Shown here: positions 1-7,600 of the stretch, piece by piece
Layout of the letters: the number at the start of each line of letters is the position of its first letter
Numbering within the stretch: position 1 is the stretch's first letter
Source of the DNA: Candidatus Muiribacteriota bacterium
Lineage (GTDB): Bacteria; Muiribacteriota; Muiribacteriia; Muiribacteriales; Muiribacteriaceae
Assembly: GCA_051747805.1 (NCBI GenBank)
Contig: JBNJGP010000034.1
Location: 1 to 13,111, forward strand
DNA length: 13,111 nt
Direction of reading: 5' to 3'
Notes under the pieces: model-generated
Databases searched by the model: none
What the model was told of the DNA's origin: nothing
What the model saw: only the letters and a program-made list of their open reading frames with translations
Made by a program: the position numbers and the translations under genes

Positions 1-242
1 TCTGAAGGCATAAGGTCGGGTGTAAACTGTATGCGTTTAAAATTCAACCCCAGACATTCAGCCATAGTTGAAACCATTAAAGTTTTTGCAAGCCCGGGCA
101 CCCCAACTATAAGACAATGACCTCTTGTCATAAGTGAAATAAGAAGAAGTTTCACTATTTTTTCCTGTCCCACAATTACCTTGGAAATCTCTTTTTTAAG
201 TTTATCATAAGACTCATTAACCTGTTCTATGAGTTCAATCAT
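1..242 (-). CDS. moxR: MoxR-family AAA+ ATPase, 5' part (runs off the left edge)
   Basis: Not in the ORF track. Manual translation from ATG at 242 gives MIELIEQVNESYDKLKKEISKVIVGQEKIVKLLLISLMTRGHCLIVGVPGLAKTLMVSTMAECLGLNFKRIQFTPDLMPS. It has the MoxR hallmarks IVGQ, Walker A variant GVPGLAKT and RIQFTPDLMPS. SD AGGAGGA at 251-257. Confidence 0.93.
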   Translation of the reverse strand, partial: MIELIEQVNESYDKLKKEISKVIVGQEKIVKLLLISLMTRGHCLIVGVPGLAKTLMVSTMAECLGLNFKRIQFTPDLMPS

Positions 243-250
243 TATAAATT

Positions 251-257
251 TCCTCCT
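251..257 (-). promoter_or_regulatory. Shine-Dalgarno site of moxR
   Basis: AGGAGGA on the minus strand, 8 nt upstream of the ATG at 242. Confidence 0.85.
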
Positions 258-304
258 AAATAAAAAAGGACAGGTCAAATTTAAAAATATAGACACTGCC
301 CCCC
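258..304 (-). terminator. Putative intrinsic terminator or GC-rich hairpin after pilC
   Basis: Minus strand reads GGGGGGCAGTGTC-TATATTTTTAAATTT-GACCTGTCC-TTTTTTATTT: an imperfect stem (one bulge, G-U pairs) followed by a U-tract, beginning 12 nt after the pilC stop. Confidence 0.5.
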
Positions 305-316
305 GTATTATTACAA

Positions 317-1519
317 TTATGCTGCCTGATTAATCATTTCAAGCATTGGCATAAATATAGCTAAAACAATTCCGCCAATTACAACACCGAGGAATACAAT
401 AATAACTGGCTCAATTATTGAGGTAAGCCCCTTAACCGCGGTATCTACTTCCTGGTCATAAAAATCGGCTACTTTTCTTAACATAACATCAAGCTCACCA
501 GTTTCTTCACCAACAGCAATCATCTGAATAACCATAGGTGGAAAAATCTTGCTCGCCTTTAATGGCTCAGAAATACTTTCCCCTTCTTTAATTGAAACTC
601 TAGTTTTTAAAACAGCCTCTGAAATAACAACGTTACCAGCTGTATTTGCGGTAACCTCAAGAGCCTGTAATATTGGTACACCAGCTGCAATTAAAGTTCC
701 AAGGGTTCTTGTAAATTTTGAAACTGCAACTTTTCTCAGTAAAACTCCAAACCCCGGACATTTAAGAGAATATGTATCAAGTATTCTTCTTCCCTGTTTC
801 GTATCAAAGAATTTTTTAATTCCAAAAATACCAAAACCTATACCAATCATAATAAAAATAAAATAACTTGCAAAAAAGTCAGATAATCCAATTAATAGTT
901 GTGTAGGCAGAGGAAGAGCCTGTTCACCCATACCTTCAAAAATAGTCTGAAAATTAGGCAAAACAAACGTCAAAAGAAAAATCACAACAAGAATCGCAAC
1001 AGAGAATACAACAGCTGGATAAGTAAGTGCTCCTTTAACTTTTGCTCTTAAAGCCTCAGAATCCTCAAGATAATTTGCTAGTCTGTCAAGAATCTGATCT
1101 AAAATACCACCAGCCTCACCAGCCCGTACAAGGTCACAGAAAAGCGGTCCAAAAACATCCGGATGCTTTGATAATGAAGCTGAAAATGTTGCACCTGCCT
1201 CAACATCTGCACGAACCTGAGCAACTATTTCACGAAAAGTTGGATTTTCAACCTGTTCTTCCATAATTGATAAACATCTAACAAGAGGCACACCAGAACC
1301 AATCATTGTCGCAAACTGTCTGGCAAAAATCGAAACCTCGCTTGATTTTACCTTTTTTTTAAAAAGAACAATTTCCTTGTTTTTTTCTTTTAAAGGCCCA
1401 ACAATATAATAGCCTTTTTCTTTCAATTTAGCGATTGCTAGTTCTTTGCTATCACTGTCAATATCACCAGATAATGTTTTACCATCACGGGTTTTTACCT
1501 TATAAGCATATTTAGGCAT
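317..1519 (-). CDS. pilC: Type IV pilus inner-membrane platform protein PilC (GspF family)
   Basis: 400 aa with FARQFATMIGSGVPL, AGEAGGILDQIL..LA.Y.E, KVKGALTYP and VGEETGELD..L.KVADFY. Hydrophobic segments fit the family's TM pattern. Directly follows pilB-pilT. Confidence 0.95.
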   Translation of the reverse strand: MPKYAYKVKTRDGKTLSGDIDSDSKELAIAKLKEKGYYIVGPLKEKNKEIVLFKKKVKSSEVSIFARQFATMIGSGVPLVRCLSIMEEQVENPTFREIVAQVRADVEAGATFSASLSKHPDVFGPLFCDLVRAGEAGGILDQILDRLANYLEDSEALRAKVKGALTYPAVVFSVAILVVIFLLTFVLPNFQTIFEGMGEQALPLPTQLLIGLSDFFASYFIFIMIGIGFGIFGIKKFFDTKQGRRILDTYSLKCPGFGVLLRKVAVSKFTRTLGTLIAAGVPILQALEVTANTAGNVVISEAVLKTRVSIKEGESISEPLKASKIFPPMVIQMIAVGEETGELDVMLRKVADFYDQEVDTAVKGLTSIIEPVIIVFLGVVIGGIVLAIFMPMLEMINQAA

Positions 1520-1532
1520 AAAAAAACCTACC

Positions 1533-1557
1533 TTTAAAAACCATTTATTTAAAAACC
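1533..1557. repeat. 10-bp direct repeat TTTAAAAACC x2 (15-bp period) in the pilT-pilC spacer
   Basis: Exact copies at 1533-1542 and 1548-1557, adjoining the pilC SD-like AAAGGTAGG (1527-1535, minus strand). Confidence 0.6.
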
Positions 1558-1600
1558 GTTACTTAATTATTTAATTTATCGACAATTGTTTAAAAAATTC

Positions 1601-2665
1601 TTATACACTCGATTTTAACATTCTCTTGAGCTCATCAGGATACATTGTTGCTTTAAGTGCCGCCTCCATAGTAATTAATCCTTTACTGTAAAGGGAGGCC
1701 AAGCTCTGTTCAAAAGTCTGCATGCCTGTATTCTGACTTGTCTGCATAACTGTATATATCTGATGAACTTTTGCCTCACGAATTAAGTTCTGTACAGCCG
1801 AATTATTAACCAGCACTTCACAGGCCGGTATACGGCCTTTACCACTGGCAACTGGCAGAAGGTTCTGAGCAACAACAGCCTGTACAACAAATGACAGCTG
1901 TGTTCTAATCTGCTGCTGTTGATATGATGGAAATACATCAATAATCCTGTTAATAGTCTGTGCTGCATCAGTTGTATGAAGTGTCGCAAAAACAAGGTGA
2001 CCGGTTTCCGCAAGAGTAAGTGCGGACTCAAAAGTTTCGAGATCTCTCATCTCACCAATTAATATAACATCAGGGTCCTGCCTTAAAACATGTTTAAGTG
2101 ATTCTGCAAAACTCGTTGTATCACAACCAAGTTCACGCTGATTCACAATAGATGTTTTATGATAATGAAGATACTCAATAGGGTCCTCGATAGTTATTAT
2201 ATGAGATTTTCTAGTCTGATTAATAACATCTATAACTGCGGCAAGTGTTGTTGATTTACCTGATCCAGTTGGTCCTGTAACAAGCACAAGGCCCTTGGGA
2301 AGTTTAGCAAAATCAGCCACTTTTTCAGGTAAACTAAGTTCGTCAAGTGAAGGTATTTTAGACGGAATAACCCTGAAAGCGGCCCCTATACATCCACGCT
2401 GTTTATAAACATTTACCCTAAAACGACCAAAGCCGTGAACAGAATAAGAAAGGTCAAGCTCTTTTCTTTCTTCAAATTCCTTCTGCTGATCTGCGTTCAG
2501 CATATTATATATCAAACTTCTTGTATCCATTGGAGTTAAAATATCAAGATCTGTCGCAATAAGCTCACCATCAACACGTATAATAGGCGGAGCCCCAACT
2601 GTGAGATGTAAGTCTGATGCCTCATTATCAATTACCAGATTAAGTAAATCATTTAATACAAACAT
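1601..2665 (-). CDS. pilT: Type IV pilus retraction ATPase PilT
   Basis: 354 aa with N-terminal ASDLHLTVGAPP, RFRVNVYKQRG, Walker A GPTGSGKST, Asp box TIEDPIE, LRQDPDVILIGEMRD, His box TGHLVFATLHT, an AIRNLIRE-like AVQNLIRE and GMQTFEQSL. Confidence 0.95.
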   Translation of the reverse strand: MFVLNDLLNLVIDNEASDLHLTVGAPPIIRVDGELIATDLDILTPMDTRSLIYNMLNADQQKEFEERKELDLSYSVHGFGRFRVNVYKQRGCIGAAFRVIPSKIPSLDELSLPEKVADFAKLPKGLVLVTGPTGSGKSTTLAAVIDVINQTRKSHIITIEDPIEYLHYHKTSIVNQRELGCDTTSFAESLKHVLRQDPDVILIGEMRDLETFESALTLAETGHLVFATLHTTDAAQTINRIIDVFPSYQQQQIRTQLSFVVQAVVAQNLLPVASGKGRIPACEVLVNNSAVQNLIREAKVHQIYTVMQTSQNTGMQTFEQSLASLYSKGLITMEAALKATMYPDELKRMLKSSV

Positions 2666-2683
2666 TTATTTCTTCCCCCTGTT

Positions 2684-4414
2684 TTATGCGATAGTAACCT
2701 GTGTTACCTGATCAGTTGTTGTTACTCCAAGCAATAATTTTCTAACTGCCGATTCTCTTAAAGTATACATACCTTCTTCCCTGGCTTTTTTTCTTATTTC
2801 CATAACAGATTTTCTCTGAATAATCATCTCTTTAAGAGCCTCGCTTATTGTCATAACCTCATAAATTCCGGTTCTTCCTTTATACCCCTCGTTATTACAC
2901 ATCTCACAACCCTTACCTTTATAAAAAACAGGATTATTTAAATCTATATTTTTTAATCCAAGTTTAACAAGAAGTTCTGGAGTAATTCCCAGCACTTTTA
3001 ATATTTCAGGTTTAGGTTTATATTCCATTTTACAATTTTTACATATAGTTCTGATAAGCCTCTGCGCCTGTATTAAAACAACAGAAGTCGCAACCATATA
3101 AGGTTCAACCCCCATATCAACAAGACGACCAACAGTTCCGGGTGCATCATTTGTATGAAGCGTAGATAAAACAAGATGCCCTGTAAGAGAAGCTTTAACA
3201 GCAATTTCAGCCGTTTCATAATCTCTTACCTCACCAACCATAATAATATCCGGGTCCTGTCGTAAAAACGAGCGCAGCGCAGCCGCAAAATTAAGACCAA
3301 TATCAGGTTTACACTGAACCTGATTAATACCATGGAGATTGTATTCAACAGGATCTTCGGCTGTCATTATATTTACATCGGGCTGATTTAATTTATGAAT
3401 ACCTGAATATAAAGTTGTTGATTTTCCAGAACCAGTTGGTCCAGTAACCAGAACAATTCCATTAGGCTGTTCAAGAGCCCTGTTGAATCTTTTAAGAGAT
3501 TCTGGTTCAAAACCAGCCTTTGTAAGATCAACATTCAAATTAGACTGATCCAGAATTCTCATAACGATTTTTTCACCAAAAACTACCGGAAGCGTTGATA
3601 CACGAAGATCAATAGGTTTTCCATTAACTTTTATTTTAATTCTTCCATCCTGCGGAAGTCTTTTTTCAGCAATATCCAGCTTAGACATAATTTTAATTCT
3701 GGAAGTAATAGCTGCCTGAGCTTTTTTTGGAGGGTTCATTCTATTATGTAGCACTCCGTCCGTTCTGAATCTTATACGCAAATCTTTTTCATAAGGCTCA
3801 ACATGAATGTCACTTATTCCACCCTCAACCGCCTGAGAAACAAGCAGGTTAACTAGTTTAATAATTGGAGCATCATTTTCTCCAAGCTCTGCGTCAAGCT
3901 CATCCAGATTGTCAATATCTTCCTTATCTTTACCGATTTCAGAAAGGTCATCTATAAGATTACTAACCTGACTATCTGCCCCAAAAGCATTATCAAGAGC
4001 ATTATTTATATCAGTTGAGGTGGCTACCACAGGTTTTACAGAAAGCCCGGTCATAAGCTGAATATCATCAATAGCTAAAATATTGAGAGGGTCAACCATG
4101 GCAACAGTAAGTTTATTACCTACCTTATTTATGGCAACAAGCTGATATCTTCTGGCAATATGTTCCGGAATAGTTCTTGCAATTTGAGGGTCTATAAGAT
4201 AAGTGGCCAGATTAACATACGGTATTTTCATCTGCTTAGCAAGTGCTTCTACCATATCCTGCTCAGAAACAAGACCCATTTCTACAAAAATTTTTCCCAG
4301 TCTTTTACCAGTTTTTTTCTGAATTTGTAAGGCTTTCTGAAGCTGTTCCTCGTCAATCAGCCCCTCTTCAAGTAAAGCATCACCAATTCTCAATCTTTTT
4401 TTTGGCATTACCAT
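2684..4414 (-). CDS. pilB: Type IV pilus extension ATPase PilB with N-terminal MshEN domain
   Basis: 576 aa with SDIHVEP, LDIAEKRLPQDGR, Walker A GPTGSGKST, TAEDPVE, LRQDPDIIMVGEVRD, TGHLVLSTLHTND and the Zn tetracysteine CKNC...CEMC. Tandem R(L/I)G motifs at the N-terminus. Confidence 0.95.
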   Translation of the reverse strand: MVMPKKRLRIGDALLEEGLIDEEQLQKALQIQKKTGKRLGKIFVEMGLVSEQDMVEALAKQMKIPYVNLATYLIDPQIARTIPEHIARRYQLVAINKVGNKLTVAMVDPLNILAIDDIQLMTGLSVKPVVATSTDINNALDNAFGADSQVSNLIDDLSEIGKDKEDIDNLDELDAELGENDAPIIKLVNLLVSQAVEGGISDIHVEPYEKDLRIRFRTDGVLHNRMNPPKKAQAAITSRIKIMSKLDIAEKRLPQDGRIKIKVNGKPIDLRVSTLPVVFGEKIVMRILDQSNLNVDLTKAGFEPESLKRFNRALEQPNGIVLVTGPTGSGKSTTLYSGIHKLNQPDVNIMTAEDPVEYNLHGINQVQCKPDIGLNFAAALRSFLRQDPDIIMVGEVRDYETAEIAVKASLTGHLVLSTLHTNDAPGTVGRLVDMGVEPYMVATSVVLIQAQRLIRTICKNCKMEYKPKPEILKVLGITPELLVKLGLKNIDLNNPVFYKGKGCEMCNNEGYKGRTGIYEVMTISEALKEMIIQRKSVMEIRKKAREEGMYTLRESAVRKLLLGVTTTDQVTQVTIA

Positions 4415-4420
4415 ATACTA

Positions 4421-5209
4421 CTACCCCTGAAAACTCCGTTGAGTTGAATAACCTCTTATCAAACTCAAAAGATTATTTTTTATTTTTTTAAAAAAAAATT
4501 CAGCATTAATATCTGTCATAATATTAAAATTTATTAAGGCCTGATTAATCAGTAAATCAATAGCATTAAAGTTTAAATCATCTGCCTCTTTATAATTTAT
4601 ATCGAAAATTTTATCATAATTAATATCTTTATTCAATTTTAATTCAGAAAAATATACCGGTGTAACGTTAACAATTAAATCAAAGTTTTTAAAGTTCAAT
4701 CTTGAATATGATAAAATATTAAATCCTTCTTTTTCAAAAATATTTTTCTTATTTTCCGGATTTCTTGAAAAAAAAACTATATCGACACCCTTTTCTTTTA
4801 AAGCATATGCAATACTTTTACCCGTAACTCCTGTTCCAAGAATACCCACTTTTTTTATTTTATTCAATCTATTTTTAATGCATTTAATAAAACCTGCACC
4901 ATCAGTATTGTATCCACATAATTTTTTTTCTGCTCTATATAAAAAATTAACCCCGCCGGCCAGTTGTGCACTTTTAAAAGGAATGCAAAAATTCATTCCC
5001 CTTTTTTTAAATGGATAGGTAATATTTATTCCTTTAATTTCAGGTATTTTTATTAAAACTTCCATACTATTTTTAAAATCTTTTTCTTCTATGGAATAAT
5101 GACTATAAGAAGCATTAATTTTGTAGTGAGAAAATAAAAATTTATAAATCTCAGGAGAAAGTGATTTTTGTACATTCTTTCCTAATACACAGTAGGAATC
5201 AGTAAACAT
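4421..5209 (-). CDS. aroE: Shikimate dehydrogenase family protein (AroE-like, divergent)
   Basis: 262 aa with SLSP, GINITYPFK (catalytic Lys region), VN, GYNTDGAG (catalytic Asp), Rossmann loop ILGTGVTG, IVNVTP, DINY and LLINQA. Overlaps the upstream STAS gene by 11 nt. Confidence 0.8.
   Translation of the reverse strand: MFTDSYCVLGKNVQKSLSPEIYKFLFSHYKINASYSHYSIEEKDFKNSMEVLIKIPEIKGINITYPFKKRGMNFCIPFKSAQLAGGVNFLYRAEKKLCGYNTDGAGFIKCIKNRLNKIKKVGILGTGVTGKSIAYALKEKGVDIVFFSRNPENKKNIFEKEGFNILSYSRLNFKNFDLIVNVTPVYFSELKLNKDINYDKIFDINYKEADDLNFNAIDLLINQALINFNIMTDINAEFFFKKIKNNLLSLIRGYSTQRSFQG
4439..4468. repeat. Imperfect inverted repeat (13-bp arms, 11/13 match, 4-nt spacer) about 25 bp upstream of pilB
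   Basis: TTGAGTTGAATAA-CCTC-TTATCAAACTCAA, lying inside the 3' tail of aroE. Confidence 0.6.
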
Positions 5210-5573
5210 TTTTATTTTTTTCAGAATTTAGCGACTGTATTGCCTCTTCATTTGAATCGAAAATGTCAAAAACTTTGGTAAGCTTGGAAATATCCAGGAT
5301 ATTTTTAATAAAAGGTTTTACGTTTGAAAGTTTAATATCGCCATTATTTTTTCTTGCAGTTTTCAACATATTCGCCAGGAACCCCAGACCACTGGAGTTT
5401 ATATAATCAACTCCCCTGAGGTCAACAACAAAGTATGGAGAATTTTTTTTAAAAATATTAACAAAATCTTCTTTCAAACTTTCGGTAACCTCTTCAGTTA
5501 AATCACCCGAAAAAGAAAAAACTGTTATTCCCTCAATCGGCTCAGAATGATTGTAATTAAAATTATTGCTCAT
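5199..5573 (-). CDS. STAS-domain anti-sigma-factor antagonist (SpoIIAA/RsbV family)
   Basis: 124 aa with FSGDL, VVDLRGVDYINSSGLGFL (phosphorylatable Ser motif) and IKNILDISKLTKVFDIFDSNEEAI. Confidence 0.9.
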   Translation of the reverse strand: MSNNFNYNHSEPIEGITVFSFSGDLTEEVTESLKEDFVNIFKKNSPYFVVDLRGVDYINSSGLGFLANMLKTARKNNGDIKLSNVKPFIKNILDISKLTKVFDIFDSNEEAIQSLNSEKNKNVY

Positions 5574-5577
5574 AATA

Positions 5578-6774
5578 TTATCGCGACTCTCCCCATTTAT
5601 TTAATCTTCTCCAAAGCATGTTTACAAGTTCAAAAGCCCTTGTACGAGGTGCTTTTAATTCAAGTTCATCTTTGGTTTTTTTAAGCTCATTCAGCTGATT
5701 AGTTTTATAATATATATACCCTATATAATAATAGGCATTAAAATTATTATTATCAATTTTAACAGATTTTTTTAAAAGTTTCAATGCTTTATCATAATCT
5801 TCTTCAATAAGATATTTTCTGCCAAGCTTAAATAATTCAGGGGAAAAAACAATAATTTTATTTAAAGATACATCGGAAACATAAACCTTTCCATCTTCTG
5901 CAACAAAAATTTTTCTCGGATGTTTGAGCTCATTCTGTCCAAATACAGCCATAAGCGTCCCATCTTTGTCAAATTTTTGAACCCGACCATTATACTGGTC
6001 ACAAACATATATATTATCAGAAAAATCACCTGCTATACCATAAGGTCCCCTGAACTGCATGGGATTAATTCCCCGGCCACCGATAGAAAAAAGGAATTTA
6101 AAAGAATCACTGAAAACGTCTATTCTGTCACTCCCGTTTAAAGTAACGTAAATTTCTCCTTCAGAATTAATAAATATGTCAGCAGGTTCATTAAGTTTTC
6201 CCTTTTCAATTCCAGCTTCATCAAAGAGGTTATTCAGCCTTCCAAAACGGTCAATTATCTTAATATTATCGTTTACACGATCTGTAACATATAAATCATA
6301 ATTATCATCCATGAAAATACCGCCGGGATATCCAAAATTTAAATCTTTATAACCCTGAACCCCACCGTATTTCAATATTTCTGTTCCATCTATAAGGTTT
6401 ATTCTTACAGAGTAATCTTCTGTATCAGAAACAATCACCCTGTTTGTCCCTTTTATATGAAACAGGTCCTCGGGATTTTTAAATCCTTCTATTATTTTAT
6501 AAAAATCTCCATCTCTGAATATACTGAGTCTATTATTTCCAGAATCTGCAATAATTAACTGATTATTTATAACCTGTATTCCCTGAGGGAAAAGTAATTC
6601 CCCTGGCTCTGAACCAGTTTCGGAAATTTCATCTACTTTAACATAATGATGGGCTTCAAGTCGATTTTCAAGATTAAAATATTTATAATCATCCTCAAGT
6701 ACCACAAGATCAAAAGAAAAAATTTTGAAAAATAAAATAAAAATAAAAATTACAGATAAAGTATTCTTTTTCAT
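5578..6774 (-). CDS. Secreted NHL-repeat (6-bladed beta-propeller) protein with C-terminal TPR
   Basis: Repeats such as FPQGI..IADSGNNRL, YPGGI..VTDRVNDNI, GPYGIA..VCDQYNGRVQKF and HPRKI..VSDVSLNKI. C-terminal TPR-like LGRKYLIEEDYDKALKLLKKSVKIDNNNFNAYYYIGYIYY. Start moved to ATG 6774, which gives the signal-peptide-like MKKNTLSVIFIFILFFKIFS and removes a 50-nt overlap. Confidence 0.8.
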   Translation of the reverse strand: MKKNTLSVIFIFILFFKIFSFDLVVLEDDYKYFNLENRLEAHHYVKVDEISETGSEPGELLFPQGIQVINNQLIIADSGNNRLSIFRDGDFYKIIEGFKNPEDLFHIKGTNRVIVSDTEDYSVRINLIDGTEILKYGGVQGYKDLNFGYPGGIFMDDNYDLYVTDRVNDNIKIIDRFGRLNNLFDEAGIEKGKLNEPADIFINSEGEIYVTLNGSDRIDVFSDSFKFLFSIGGRGINPMQFRGPYGIAGDFSDNIYVCDQYNGRVQKFDKDGTLMAVFGQNELKHPRKIFVAEDGKVYVSDVSLNKIIVFSPELFKLGRKYLIEEDYDKALKLLKKSVKIDNNNFNAYYYIGYIYYKTNQLNELKKTKDELELKAPRTRAFELVNMLWRRLNKWGESR

Positions 6775-6811
6775 AGTTTTTTTATCGGCAATTTTCTCCT
6801 GAAAATAAGAT

Positions 6812-7600
6812 TTAAAGATAAAACTCTTTTCTTCTATCCTCAAAAATATTATTAAAATCATTCATATTTTTATTATCAGCCTCAAATGGATTAATTTCTT
6901 TAAAAGAAATATCAGTTTTTTCCTGGGAGGCTCTTGTCAAAATTTCACCTCTGGGGGAAATAATTTCGCTTTTACCTACAAAGCTGAAAGTTCTTTCTTT
7001 TTTCACTTCTGTTCCTACTCTATTTGAAAGAACATAAAAAACCCTATTTTCAATAGCTCGGGTAAGGGCAGCATCAGGGCAGTATGGCATAACAAGATTT
7101 GCCGAATGACAAATAATATGTGAACCTTTAAGTGCCAGCGTTCTAACAGACTCTGGATATATCCAGTCATAGCAGACCATCAAACCAGCCTTAACTCCGT
7201 TTTTGAGATTAAAAACTTTAAATCCCTCATCACCGGGTGTAAAAAATAAGTTCTCTGTATTAAAAAGATGAATTTTTCTATAAACGCCCAGTAATTTACC
7301 ATTTTCAATTATTGCCTGTGAATTAAAAAATTTATCTTTGATTTTTTCTGCAAATCCAAAAACAATAGTTAAATTATTTTTAGTGGAAAGCCAGCTCAAG
7401 GCATCAAATGTATATCCCTTTCCAGCTTCCTCAGAAAGTTCCTTCAACTCAGATTTATCGCTGAAATTATATCCACTTGAGAAAAGTTCCGGTAGCACAA
7501 TTAAAGCCTCTTCTGTCTGAAGAAATTTTTGACATACTTCATCTACATTTTTTTTTATATTTCCAAACTCCGGATTATTCTGATAAAAACCAACTCTCAT
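6812..7600 (-). CDS. Nitrilase-superfamily carbon-nitrogen hydrolase/amidase, substrate unknown
   Basis: 262 aa with the Glu-Lys-Cys triad motifs VLPELFSSGY, YRKIHLF and MVCYDWIYPE, plus TRAIENRV and SNRVG. SD AAGGAGG just upstream. Confidence 0.92.
   Translation of the reverse strand: MRVGFYQNNPEFGNIKKNVDEVCQKFLQTEEALIVLPELFSSGYNFSDKSELKELSEEAGKGYTFDALSWLSTKNNLTIVFGFAEKIKDKFFNSQAIIENGKLLGVYRKIHLFNTENLFFTPGDEGFKVFNLKNGVKAGLMVCYDWIYPESVRTLALKGSHIICHSANLVMPYCPDAALTRAIENRVFYVLSNRVGTEVKKERTFSFVGKSEIISPRGEILTRASQEKTDISFKEINPFEADNKNMNDFNNIFEDRRKEFYL

Noticed and set aside
549..1266. Plus-strand ORFs 549-866 and 1042-1266
   Set aside because: Antisense shadows wholly inside pilC with no recognisable motifs.
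1783..2031. Minus-strand 82-aa ORF
   Set aside because: Alternative frame nested in the well-conserved pilT; no motif support.
317..4414. Type II secretion (gspE/gspF) interpretation
   Set aside because: A PilT retraction ATPase between the two genes indicates type IV pili.
4482..4780. Poly-A/T tracts in aroE (and elsewhere) as phase-variation sites
   Set aside because: Runs of 8-9 A or T occur throughout this AT-rich window and all reading frames are intact.
6775..6861. N-terminal extension of the NHL-TPR ORF given in the ORF track
   Set aside because: It overlaps the nitrilase gene by 50 nt and would bury the signal-peptide-like sequence starting at 6774.
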